Source: Ascoidea asiatica JCM 7603
Taxonomy: Eukaryota > Fungi > Ascomycota
Assembly (NCBI GenBank): GCA_001600695.1
Contig: BCKQ01000003.1
Span: forward strand, 1,206,940 to 1,270,939
Direction of reading: 5' to 3'
Length of the DNA stretch: 64,000 nt
Position numbers and translations under genes: made by a program. The notes under the pieces were generated by a model, which was not told where the DNA came from, made no database searches, and was given only the letters and a program-made list of their open reading frames with translations. Within the stretch, counting starts at the first letter, position 1, and each line of letters starts with the position of its first letter. This document shows, one piece after another, positions 46,283-59,100 of this stretch.

Positions 46283-47311
46283 TACTTGTTTTTTTTATTT
46301 ATTATTTATTATTTATTCTTAGTCTTCTCTTTTAATAATTTTCATTTAATTCAAAATATTTTATTATAATAATAATGATGATTATAATGATTATAATGAT
46401 TATAATGATATAATTATAAGAAATATAATACTGTATACTTGTTTCATAATAGCTAAAAGGAGATTTATGTAATAGAGTAGCCATATAAATGGTCTCATTA
46501 AAACCATGTGATAGTTTTAAATATGCATTTAGATCCGTGACATTATATCCTTACCAAGGAATACCTTCAAAAGCAATGGTTAAATATCCACACTGCGGCA
46601 TTTTGGGATTATTCCAGACCACCCGGACCACTCGGACCACCTCCAGACCCCTAGTGCTACAGACCCACACCTCCGGTAAATAAAGAACAACACATCAACA
46701 CAACAACACATCTACCAGTATCACCACTACTGTAACTACTCCCACCACCACCACAACTTTCACAACTTTCACAACTTTCACTTGTTGTAATTATGTTCTG
46801 ATTACGTATCCAGTCACGTGTCTCGCATTACAAAACAAGAAAGAAGAAAGAAGAAAGAAGAAACTGGAAACAACACAGCCAAAGGAAATTCAAACATAAT
46901 TCAATCTGAGACTGAGTCTTCTTTTCATTTCTGTAAAACTAATCAATAATATCAATATCAATATCAATCTGACAAAAAGGGAATATTCAATAATCAATAA
47001 TCAATAATCAATAATTAATAATTAATTCAATTCATAATATAATAATATAATAATATAATATAATAGAACTAATATAATATATTCAATTTGTTATAGACCT
47101 TTATATTCACTTCATATCTTCACATTTAAATATATAAATATATATCTTTCTTGTTATTGTATTATATATTTCCTTAAAAAATCTATAATTAATCCATATA
47201 AACATAGTACATAATACATAATATATAATATATAATATATAATATATAATAAAATATAAAATAATAAAAAAATAATAAAAAAATAAAAATCATATACAAA
47301 TATATATAAAA

Positions 47312-48394
47312 ATGGATCAAGATCAATCTGAAATATCCAATTCAAATTCAAATTCTAATGCTCAATCTCAACTGATAACTCCTCCAGTACCTGATGCACT
47401 TCTAAATTCTGAAAATATTACAAATTCAAATACAAATTTAAATAATGATTCAATCTCAAGTAATAATTCATTATCTTTTCCTGATCCAAATAATAATATT
47501 GAAAATAATAATATTGAAAATCATGATATGAATGAAAATATTATTAATAATATCACTAATGAAAACAATAATGAAATTAATAATAACAACAATAACAATA
47601 ACAATAACAATAACAATAATATTGCTGATATATTTTTTCCATTGGCTTTATTAATGGATGAATTAAAACATGAAGATATTCAAACAAGAGTAAATGCAAC
47701 TAAAAGATTAGATACAATTGCAATTGCTTTAGGTCCTGAAAGAGTAAGAATTGAATTAATTCCATTTTTAAAAGATGTTGCTCAAGATGATGAAGAAGAA
47801 ATTTTTTCAATTTTAGCAGAAAAATTAAATTCAAATTTTTTAAATTATTTAGGTGGTCCAATTTTTGCAAATTTATTATTTCCAATCTTACAAATTTTTT
47901 GTTCAATGGAAGAACCTATTATTAGAGATAAAGCAATAAATTCATTAAATAATATTTGTAAAAAAATTTCAATAAAACAAATAAATTCTGATTTTTTAAA
48001 ATTAATTAATCATTTATCAAAAGCTGAATGGTTCTCTTCAAGAGTTTCTTCTTCTGGTTTATTTATTTCTGTTTTAATTAGAGTTGATTCAATTAAAAGA
48101 AAAAATTTATTAAGTGCATATTTAAAATTAATTCAAGATGATTCTCCAATGGTTAAAAGAGCTGCTGCAACTAATTTACCTCCTTTAATTGATTCTTTAT
48201 CTCTTTTACAAAAAAAATTTAATAAAAATTCAAAAATTTCTTTAATTAATAATAATAATAATATTAATAATAATAAAGATATTAAAGATATTAAAGATAT
48301 TAAAGATTCTACAAATTCAAAAGATTTAAAAAATTTAAAAATCTCAAAAGATTCAAAAGATTTAAAAGATAATAATAGTAATGATATATCAAAT

Positions 48395-48431
<37 letters not shown>

Positions 48432-49480
48432 TAATTGATCCATCAAATAATAATGATTGGGAATTAATTTTTCAAATGTTTAATTCTTTAACAAATGATG
48501 ATCAAGATTCTGTTAAATTTTTATCTGTTGATGTTTTAATATCAATTTTAAAATTTTTTAATATTTATAAAAAAGATTTATCACATAATCAAGATTTACT
48601 TGAAATTTTTTTAAAATTATCAAATGATGAAAGTTGGAGAGTTAGATATATGATAAGTGATAAATTTTATAAAATTTCTAAATTTTTTAAATATTCTGAT
48701 GAAATTATTATAAAATTAATTAAAATTTTTTTAAATTTAATGCAAGATAATGAAGCTGAAGTTAGAAAAGCAATTTCAAAACAATTACCATTTTTTTGTA
48801 AATTAATACCTTCAAGAGATTTAATTTTAAATTCAATAATTTTTCATGTTGTTCAATTAGCTAATGATAAAGATGAATCTGTTAGATCTTCTTTAGCAAG
48901 TGTTATTACAGGTTTATGTCCTTTATTAGGTAAAAATCATACAATTTCTTCTTTAGTACCAATTTTTTTATTAATGTTAAAAGATGAATTTCCTGATGTT
49001 AGATTAAATATTATTTCTCAATTAACTATAGTTAATGAAGTTATTGGTATAAAATTATTATCAAATAATTTATTACCTGCAATTACTGAATTAGCAAAAG
49101 ATAAACAATGGAGAGTAAGATTAGCAATTATTAAACATATTCCATTATTAGCAAAACAATTAGGTATAAATTATTTTAATAAAGAATTAGGTTCATTATC
49201 AATTTCTTGGTTATGGGATTCAGTTTATTCAATTAGAGAAGCTGCAGTTTTAAATTTAAAAAAATTAACAGAAATTTTTGGACCAAAATGGGCAAAAATT
49301 GAAATTATTGATAAAATTTTATCTAATGAAATTTTAAATAATTTTAAAACTCAAAATCCAGAATTTTTTACAAATAATGGTGAATCAAATCAAAATCAAG
49401 TTCATGATGAAATTAATCAAAATAAAAATTTAAATAATAATACAAATAATAATAATAATATTAATCAAGAAATTAATAAT

Positions 49481-49514
<34 letters not shown>

Positions 49515-50203
49515 TTGATAATGAAGATATGGAAAATGAAAATTATGAAGAATTAAGTACATCATTAATGAATAATTTTATTTATAGAATTACATGTTTA
49601 TTAACATTTAAAAATTTAACATTAGCATTAATTGATGGTAAAGAAATTATTATAAAAGATATTTTACCATATGTTTTAAAAATGGGAGATGATGAAGTTG
49701 CAAATATTAGATTTAATTCTTCAAAAACTTTATTAACAATTACACAAGTTTTATTAAATAAAATTCCAAAAGATATTGAAAAAAATGAAGAAAATATTTT
49801 TGGTAATAATATTAAGATTAATAAAGATTTAGATTTAGATTTAGATTATAATAAAAATGAAAATGAATATATTGATGAAGATGATGAAAAATTAGATGAT
49901 GAAGAAGATGAAGATGAAGAATTATTTAAAAGAAAAGAAGAATTAAGTAGTATAAAAGTTGCAAATGATAGTGAAGAAGATATTAAAAATTATTTAAATA
50001 TTATAAATTCACAAATTATACCAAAATTAATAAATTTATCAAATGATACAGATGTTGATGTTAGATTTTTTACAAATAAAAGTTTATCAGATGTTCAAAT
50101 TATTTTATCAGAATTTGAAAATAATAATAATAATAATAATAATATTGTAACAGAAGATAAAAAAATGAATGAAAATTCAAAAATTGAATCAATTTCTAAA
50201 TAA
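47312..50203 (+). CDS. TPD3: PP2A scaffold (A) subunit
   Basis: PLALLMDELKHED, DDSPMVKRAAA, DESWRVRY, DKQWRVRLAI, DTDVDVRFF HEAT repeats. Confidence 0.95.
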
Positions 50204-50596
50204 AAAAAACAAAACTAATAGTTTATTATTTTAATTTATTGCTAATCATTTTATATTATTTATGAAAATTATGAAAATTATGAAAATTATTATTTCAATT
50301 TTTTTTATAAATCATATCATATATATATTTTATTTTGCTTTTTTATAAAATTTATCTTATCTTTAACTTGTTTTTATCAATTTAGTCTCTTTGTTTTTTT
50401 TAACTTATCTATATTTTTATCTATGATTAAAGTCAATTTCTACCAGAATTTACAATCTATTTATTCATTTATTTATCTAATTATTTATTTATTTATTTAT
50501 TTCCATAAAATTAATCAATTAATTTCTTATTAACCTTAACCTATTGCAGTTTTTGTAATTTCCTTGAGACCACTTAAACGGGTGTTTTATAAACAG

Positions 50597-50743
50597 AGAG
50601 AGCCTGTTAAAGTGACGTCATTATCATAAAACAGGGCTCTATTAATTGATCACATGTTTATAAGAAGCCATTTGTTTGGTTTTTTTTTTGAATTTCAACT
50701 ACCGTACATAAAACAACACGTGGTGTTACCATATTACATATTT
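50597..50743 (+). repeat. Diverged ~150 bp direct repeat, copy A
   Basis: Collinear with 52873-53017: GAGCC(C)TGT, AAACAGGGCTCTA, TCACATG, CCATTT.TTTGG, ACAACACGTG.TGTT, ATATTAC.TATTT. Confidence 0.8.
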
Positions 50744-50952
50744 TTATAAATTTTATTTTTGATAGAAATTGAAATTTTTTATTGTTAGTGCCGAATAAAC
50801 AGGTTAGAACAAAACCCATAACTGTGGTCTCCAATTAGGTGGTACTCGGGATATGGTTTAAGCAATTCAGTTCAAATTATTTATTCATATTATTGATTAA
50901 GGTTCCAGCGACATGCAGGAAGATAACCTTAATTAACCTTAAATTCTTCATG

Positions 50953-52620
50953 CTATGTTGAATGAGAATTTGAAACATCAATATCATTAACTCTTTTAAT
51001 ATTCATTATTGCTCTGGTGGCTTTACTCATAGCTTCCATATCTGTCATTAAAATAACAGGACCACGATCTGAAGTAAATTTTTCAGCAATTGAAAATCCT
51101 TTTTTTTTCTGGCATCAAAGTTTTCCGATAAATAACTCCATCTCCAATAACCTACTTGAAATCTCCATATTCACTTCTTTCATTATATCCATATTTTAAC
51201 CAACATTCCCTTAATGTTGGCACTTGTTTCCCATAAACAACTACTAATGAAGAATATTTATCTTTCAATTTTTTTTTATAATTTAATTCATTTAAAATTT
51301 TTTTGGTTCTTTTCAATGATCTATCTAAATATTCATAAGATTCTTCAAATGTTATAGGATATTGAATTTAATTTTCAATTTCATTATCCAAATCGATATT
51401 ATTATTATCATGATTAGGAAAAAGCCCATTTTGGATATTATCTTAGTTTATATTATCCATTTGAATTCTATTATAATATATTTTTCGTTTATTATTATAA
51501 TTCTCTTTATTAACTAACGGAGATAATTTATATTTAACCCAATTACCAATATTAAAAATAATCAACAATTAATTCTTCTTTTGTATCTTTATCTGTAAAG
51601 CATTTACCATCTAATGGTAAAAAAAACATAACTTTATTGCATTAAAAAATCAACCTGTGACCTTAAAATTTCATTATTTAATAATATTAAAATCTCCATA
51701 TATCATTGGTCGTGAAATATTTGGAATTGAACTTGGGACTTCAAAATAAATTAATCCTCTAATTAAATCGGGTTCTTTATTTAAAACATGATGGGGAAAT
51801 TATTCCTCCCATTGAGTGTACAAATATGAGATTTCCATTTTTTTGGTCATTTGATTTCAAATCAAAGGGGAAGGTTTTATATTTGTTATTGTTGTTAACT
51901 TCAGTTTTTGATTTTAAATTTAGAATTTTTATATTTTTATTATTTTCAATAGGTTTGAAATTGGGTCCTGTTGAAGATTTTTTGATTCTTGTTTTCTTGA
52001 AAATTTGATTATTTTAATTACTATCATTAATTTGATTGACCTTATTGACCTGGTTGATATTATTAACTTCAGTATATTTTGTATATTTAATATATTTTTG
52101 AAGTTAATCATTTTGAATAAATTTTTAAAATTCATGAACAGAACAACCACCCATTATTGAAGAAGTAGTACTTCTATCAATAGTTTTAGTATTCGAAGTA
52201 TTCAAATATTGATTATAATATTATTTATAATTTTGTATAGAATCAGTTTCTTCATATAATTCTACTTCTAATTCTCTTTCTTTTCTATTGTGTTCATTTT
52301 TATCATCATAATCTTCATCATATTCTCCTTCTTCATCTTTATTTTGATTTTTATTGTTATTGTTATTGTTATCATTTAAAAATTTATTGGAAGATAGTGT
52401 TAAAAAAGATAAATATGAACCAGAAGATAATAAATCATTTATATTTCTTGAATTGACTCGTTGGAAAAGATACAGAGCATTTGATAGAAATACTCATTTG
52501 ATTTAAATGATCCAATATATCTGATTGATCTGATTAATTCCTTGGAGTATAATCATTGAAATCGAATCTTGGACTTATTGGAGAAGTACCAGATTGATCA
52601 TTATTTTCTATATTAGGAAT
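50953..52620 (-). pseudogene. Decayed YJR098C-like (LCAT-like alpha/beta hydrolase) gene
   Basis: Broken frames give IMGG/CSVHEF, VHSMGGII, DLIRGLIYF, VFLPLDGKCFTDK, WVKYKLSPLV, GDGVIY, GFSIAEKFTSDRG..LMTD, with many stops and frameshifts; 5' boundary approximate. Confidence 0.7.
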
Positions 52621-52872
52621 CTATTTAAATATTTACAAATTAGTTTTTTAAATTATGTACAGAACTCAATGATTTTTAAAGAACTTCTACTACAGCATGT
52701 TTTCAATATGCTAACTTTGCTCAAAAGTTCTTTCTTTCAAGGTCTTTCCAAAAAACTTTTTTTGTTAGAAAATATGAAGTTATATTGAGCAGGAAGCCAT
52801 CCAAAAACTACAATTTTCAATGGAAACTGCCCAAAGCCAGAGTACTTTGAATCTTAATTACGTAATAGCAAA

Positions 52873-53017
52873 AGGAGCCCTGTGTAATGATGTTATTTTA
52901 TAATCAAACAGGGCTCTAATTAATAGTCACATGCTAAATCGAGACCATTTATTTGGGTATTGTTTAAATTTTAGCCACGCCAAATGACAACACGTGCTGT
53001 TGTTATATTACCTATTT
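52873..53017 (+). repeat. Diverged ~150 bp direct repeat, copy B
   Basis: See copy A; contains the inverted repeat GAGCCCTGT...ACAGGGCTC. Confidence 0.8.
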
Positions 53018-53531
53018 AGTACTTCAGTGGCTGTGTGTGTGGCTTCTTCCGACGGATCACTCCCGGCGATCCCCAGACTTTGCCAGTTTCTTCGCTTTCT
53101 TCGCTTTCATCAAAACTTCGTCTTTTTCGTCTTTTTCTTTCTTCTTCTGCTGTTTTTGCTTCTTGTGCTTCTGTTTCTTTCTCAGAGACATTTATTCCAA
53201 GTTAAACAAGTGATTTATGTCAATTGAAACTATTATTTATTGTTAATTTCTTTATTTCCAGTCATTTTGAATCATTTTGTTCAATTTATTCTTCTTCTTC
53301 TTTAAAACATTCCGAATTTTAAGTGTGTTTACCTTAAAGTCTTAACACATAATCTGCAATTTCTCTCTTAAAAAAGTTATTTTTCTAATAAGCTTATTAA
53401 TCCAAAATTTATCAACTGATGACACTTTAAATCTTTTGAAATTTTTAAATAATTATATATAAATATAATTATTAATATAATAATACTATAACATTTTTTA
53501 TAAAATATTAATAATATAAATTTCATTATAT

Positions 53532-54752
53532 ATGAATCAATTACCTCCATTACCAAATCATTTATTAAAACAGATTGAATTAAATTCAAAATCAAAAAAA
53601 AAATATAGATCTGGTCAAATATTATTAATTATTGGTTTAACTTTATTTTTAATAATTTATTTAACTTCAAATATTAATTCATTTTCAAATTTAAATATTA
53701 TTCAAATGACTTCAAATTCTATTGAAAAAAATAATGGTTTATATTCTGATGCTGATATAATTGATGCAAATTTATCAAATGATGATGATAAATTAAAATA
53801 TAATAATGAATTAAATAAAATTAAAAATGATTTTGATAATATTACAAATAAATTTAAAATACCATGGAAATTTGAATTAATTAATGATTTTTTTATTCAA
53901 AATAATCCAAATACAAATCCATTAAATTTTAATTATCTTGAACAAAATTTTGGTTTAAATCCAAATATTACCTGGAATCAATTAATTTTAAAAATTAATG
54001 AATTAAATTCAAATTCATCTCCTTTAATTCAATATAAATTAATTTTCTTAGCAAGACATGGTCAAGGTTATCATAATTTAGCTGTTGAAAAATATGGTAT
54101 GAAAGATTGGAATAATTATTGGTCAAAAAAAACTGGTGATGGTGAAATTATTTGGGGTCCTGATCCAAATTTAACTGATTTAGGTTTAAAACAAGCAAAT
54201 TTAAATTATTTAGCTTGGAAAAAAAATTTAAATTTAGGTGCTCCAATTCCAAATAAATTTTATTCTTCTCCATTTACAAGATCTTGTCAAACTTTAATTG
54301 GAACTTGGGATAAAATTATAAATTTAAAAATTGAAAATAATAATCCAATTATTAAAGAAGATTTAAGAGAAACAATTGGTGAACATTTATGTGATAAAAG
54401 ATCAAAAAAATCAGAAATTTTAAATAAATTTCAAAAATTTGGTTTTAAATTTGATAATAATGATAAATTTCCTGAAAATGATATTTATTTTAAAGATAAT
54501 TGGAGAGAACCTTTATATCAACAAAGTTTAAGATGTAATAATTTCTTAAATTATATCTTTGAAAAAGATTTAAATAATCCTATTCAATCTCAAGATTCTA
54601 TAATTAGTACTACAAGTCATTCTGGTACTATCAAAGGTTTCTTAATTGTCTTAAATCATAGAAATTTTGTTATTAGTACTGGTGGAATGATACCTGTTGT
54701 AGTTAAAGGTACAAGAAGATCTGATGATTTAGATTTATCTCAACTCAATTAG
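53532..54752 (+). CDS. PMU1: Histidine phosphatase / phosphomutase-like protein with N-terminal TM anchor
   Basis: FLARHGQGYHN, WGPDPNLT, SSPFTRS, LRETIGEHLCDKRS, SHSGTI. Confidence 0.85.
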   Translation: MNQLPPLPNHLLKQIELNSKSKKKYRSGQILLIIGLTLFLIIYLTSNINSFSNLNIIQMTSNSIEKNNGLYSDADIIDANLSNDDDKLKYNNELNKIKNDFDNITNKFKIPWKFELINDFFIQNNPNTNPLNFNYLEQNFGLNPNITWNQLILKINELNSNSSPLIQYKLIFLARHGQGYHNLAVEKYGMKDWNNYWSKKTGDGEIIWGPDPNLTDLGLKQANLNYLAWKKNLNLGAPIPNKFYSSPFTRSCQTLIGTWDKIINLKIENNNPIIKEDLRETIGEHLCDKRSKKSEILNKFQKFGFKFDNNDKFPENDIYFKDNWREPLYQQSLRCNNFLNYIFEKDLNNPIQSQDSIISTTSHSGTIKGFLIVLNHRNFVISTGGMIPVVVKGTRRSDDLDLSQLN

Positions 54753-55090
54753 TTTTTTATTTACGATTTACCCAAGAAATTAATTAAAATTCATTTAGAA
54801 ATTTACTTAGAAATTTACTTAGAAATTTACTTAGAAATTTAATAAAATTTAATAGAATTTAATGTAATTTAATAAATAAATATATATATATTTTTTTTTA
54901 ATAATCTGAAATTTAATCTTGAGACTATTTTTATGGTACTCCTTGTCTCGACCAAACACAAATTCCTCAATTGAATTTAAAGCTACATTTGTAATCAAAT
55001 AATATAAATACGAATGAATATAATCAAATAGATATAATAAGTAGAAAATAATAATCAATTAATATTTGCAATCAAATCAATAAGTGCAAA

Positions 55091-55423
55091 ATGAGTCAGA
55101 AATATATTACTAAAGCTAATAAGCTTATTCAAGAACATCCATATTTCATGTTATCAAAATCTTGGTGTCCAGATTGTCATTATACTTATAAAATTTGGGA
55201 TAAATATAAAATTAATGAAAAAGTTTTCATTTTAGAATTAGATAAAATTATTGATCAAAAAGAAGCTTTAGAATTAGAAAAAGCATTTACAATAATTTCT
55301 GGTAAAAAATGGGTTCCTTCAATTTTTTTTAATGGTTCTTTTTTTGGTACTGAACAAACTTTAAAAAAACTTGAAACTGATGGTGAACTAAAACAAAAAT
55401 TTAAAGATGTTGGTTTATTTTAA
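55091..55423 (+). CDS. GRX8: Dithiol glutaredoxin
   Basis: SWCPDC active site and WVP motif characteristic of Grx8. Confidence 0.88.
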   Translation: MSQKYITKANKLIQEHPYFMLSKSWCPDCHYTYKIWDKYKINEKVFILELDKIIDQKEALELEKAFTIISGKKWVPSIFFNGSFFGTEQTLKKLETDGELKQKFKDVGLF

Positions 55424-56199
55424 ATATTTATATAACTATGTTTATATAACTAATAATTAATAACTAATAACTGTATTGTATATGTGTATATTTGTATATT
55501 TTGTATATGTATATATGTATATGTATTTTATATTTTATCTTTTATACACTCTTATAATTTTGTATTGAAAATAATACTTTTTACTTAGAGAATATATTAA
55601 TTAATTAAAAATAGAAAACTGAAAAGAACTGAAATATTAAACTGTTCTTTCATTTAAAAAAAGCACAGCTGAAATAGAATAGAATAGAAATAGAATAAAA
55701 AGAGAATAAGAATATCATTTGACCAAAAGTAAAAGAAAAGAAAAAAAGAATCAAAACAAGAAACAAAGAAATAAATGATAAAATAAAATGAGTGACGAAA
55801 AAAAATAAGTATTGTTGTTATATTATAATAATTAAGCATTGATATCCAAAAAAAAAATAGCCAGATAACAAATAAGCGAATGAAAATTGTATATCCTCCC
55901 AATTATAAATTATAATGTTCTTTAAGTATATGAACTTTTTTTTTTAATGACAAATTCCAAAATAAATTTTAAAAGATAAAAAAATAAAGAGTAATGAATA
56001 TAATAACAAAACTAAACTGAAAAAATAAAATTGAAAAACAAAAAAATGAAAAATAAAATGAAAAAATAAACAAAAATTTTTTTTTTTGAAAATGGATTAA
56101 GTACAGTTAAAAATAATGAAATAAGACAAAAAAATAAAAGAAGCTAAAAAAATTGAAAAAAAATAAAAAACATTGAAAGAAAATGAAAAAAATTTGAAG

Positions 56200-59100
56200 T
56201 TACATTTTTAACCATGGATCATCCATAATTTCCTTCATACTTGGTCTTTTTTCAACTTCCCTTTGAAGAATTTTTTGAATTAAGTTGATACATTCATCAC
56301 TAGTAACATATGGAATTCTTAAATCACCTTCCATAATTTCATCAACATTATAAAAAGGATTTTCTTTATAGATAATTGTATACAATAAAACTCCTAATGC
56401 CCATACATCTTGTGCTTTACCTTCATAAGGTCTACCATTAAAAACTTCTGGTGCTGCATAATCAACTGTTCCAACAAATACATCAAATGGACCATTTCTA
56501 ATATATGCTGCTGATCCAAAATCAATTAATTTAATAAATGATTGATTATCAATAATTAAATTTTCATCTTTAATATCTCTATGAACAATTCCATTTTCAT
56601 GTAAATGATAAATTGCAGAAGCAACTTGTTTAAAAATATATCGACATTCATATTCTGTCATACTTTTTTTAATTTCAATTAAATCAAATAAATCAATTCC
56701 TGGTGGATCTCCATGAATTGGAGTTTCAATATAATAACAATCATCATCTTCAAAAAAATCTAAAAGTCTCATAATATTCGGATCATCGGTTGTATTGAGG
56801 TATGCCATAATTTGAATTTCTGAGGGAACTGTTCCTAATTTTCTATCTCTACACCAAGTATCAACAAGAATACGTTCTTTAAAAATGCATTTCAAAACAA
56901 TTCTATAATTTGGATCTAATTTATGTTCAACTAATACAACTTTTCCATATGATCCTTCACCCATTGATTTTATAATCTTATAATCATCAAAACTTTTAAT
57001 TCTTCTTTTAAGACCAACTTGTTTTGGAAAATATATAGAAGCTTTTTTCATAGCATCAATTTGATCATGCTCTAATTTTTTTAATTCTTCTTGAGATCTT
57101 ATAACAAGTTGATAATTTGTATTATCACTACTTATACTACTGGAAGTTTCTGGTGCTTTACTTCCATCATCTGACATTATTGTTGGTTCGGTTTCTGTAG
57201 AATCTAATGATATTTTTCTAGGACTCTTATTACTTGAATGATTTTGTATTAAATATGATTTCAGCCTTTCTTCCTTACTTAGCTCATTCAAACTATTATT
57301 TGATGATAATGATCTAACTGGAGAATGAATTAAAGAATGAGAATTTGATTGTATACTTGTTGGATTAATCAAATCTCCATTTGAGTGTACACTAGAAATA
57401 TCAGAATGATCTGATTTATCAGAATTAATAGGATTATTAACATTTATTTCAGAATTGTTGATATTTCTAGAATTATTGATATCATTGATTTTTTTAGAAT
57501 TTATGGAATCATTTGAAGATATGCTAGAAGTCGAAAGCTTGTTTGACAATTTCGAAGAAGGCAGATATCCAAAATTTTTAGACTGGGGAATCTGATTTTC
57601 TGCAAGGAGATTTAATTGGGAAGGTAAATTTTTATAAATGTTTTTACCATTTTCTAATTTTCCTTCGTTTTTATGTAATTCTTCTGATGAAGCAGACGAA
57701 TGATGATTATTATGTAAGTCTCTTGAATATGTAATCCATAAAACATAGGTTTCTATTGTTGAAACACGTAATTGAATATCAATATTTATCGAAATTCCAT
57801 CTCTATGTTTACCTGGAATACCAACTGAATTTAAAAATGAGTTTTCAAAATCTTGTTTGAACGAATTAAAACATTTTTCATCATCTAAATCATAACCTTC
57901 ATTTTTTTTCTCTTTCAATATTGAAAATTTAGAGTAAACTCTTCTGAAAAAATGTTCTGGTAAAACCAAGCCTGGGGATAATTTGAAATTTTTTCTTTGA
58001 TTACTTTTAATTCTTTGAAAATTATTTGAATAGTTAGCAAATGATTTTTGATTATTTGAGAAATAATTTGGAGAAATCTCATCATTACAAATTGTGAAAT
58101 CTAAAAGTTCAGTAAAATTTGGTATAACATGATCGATAGAACAATTTAATAAATTTCCACATCCAAATAAATTTTTTGAGATTGACCTATTATAAGAAAG
58201 AATCCTATAATCAGAAGAAGAAATAACAAATATTCCTGCGATATATGGCATTGTGTGAATCTTTAGTTTAATTTGATAATCATTCAATTTATCACCTCTT
58301 ACATCATCACCATCCTTTTCCAAAATTTCAGAAGTTGTTGCACATGGTAAGATTCTTTTGTGTAAATTTAGAGTGAAATATCTTATTTGATTGATCTTGT
58401 CAGATAAATTGCTGAAAAAAATGTAAGGGTTTTTTACTTTATTTACACTTGATTCAATTTCAAGCATATTTAATTCAGTTTGTAGGGAATCTGAAAGAGT
58501 TTCTAAGGACTTATCTTGAAGTTTATAATTATTAAGTAATGATCCAGTAACTTGAGTTACTTTTTTTATTGACCAACTTTGATATTCACTAATTGAATTA
58601 TTCTCAGACCTTAGTTCAATCAGAATATCTATTGCATCACAAGGAATTTGATCAAACATAAAAATTATTAGATCCCCCTTTTTTTTCGCCCATAAAGAAC
58701 ACCAAGCTATATCATTATTAGTTCTATTAATTGCTACAATTTCCCCAGCAAATAAAATATTTCTATTACTATAATAATAATTAGATTTATTAATATTATT
58801 CCTTTTATTATTAATTGTACTTAAACTTAAATTTTTATTTAATTTTTCAATTACAAAGGATCTTGAATTTGAAGCAATTAAATCCATTAAATTTAAACAT
58901 TTAAAAGATGCTTTTGTTATTCCAAATATTAAACATGCTAAATCATTTGATGCTTTTAAAGACCATGGAAAATCAACTTCACAAGTAAAAACAGCTTGAG
59001 GATTTGCAGCTTTTCCTGTAGATAAAGAATGAAAAGGTCTTGATGTTGTTGGAGACATCAATGAATCTTCAAAAGTGGATAATGGGCTTTGAACATTTTC

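Noticed and set aside
54795-54840. TTAGAAATTTAC tandem repeat and similar short arrays (19590-19665, 44072-44107, 46378-46418)
   Set aside because: Ordinary slippage repeats in an AT-rich genome; not telomere-like
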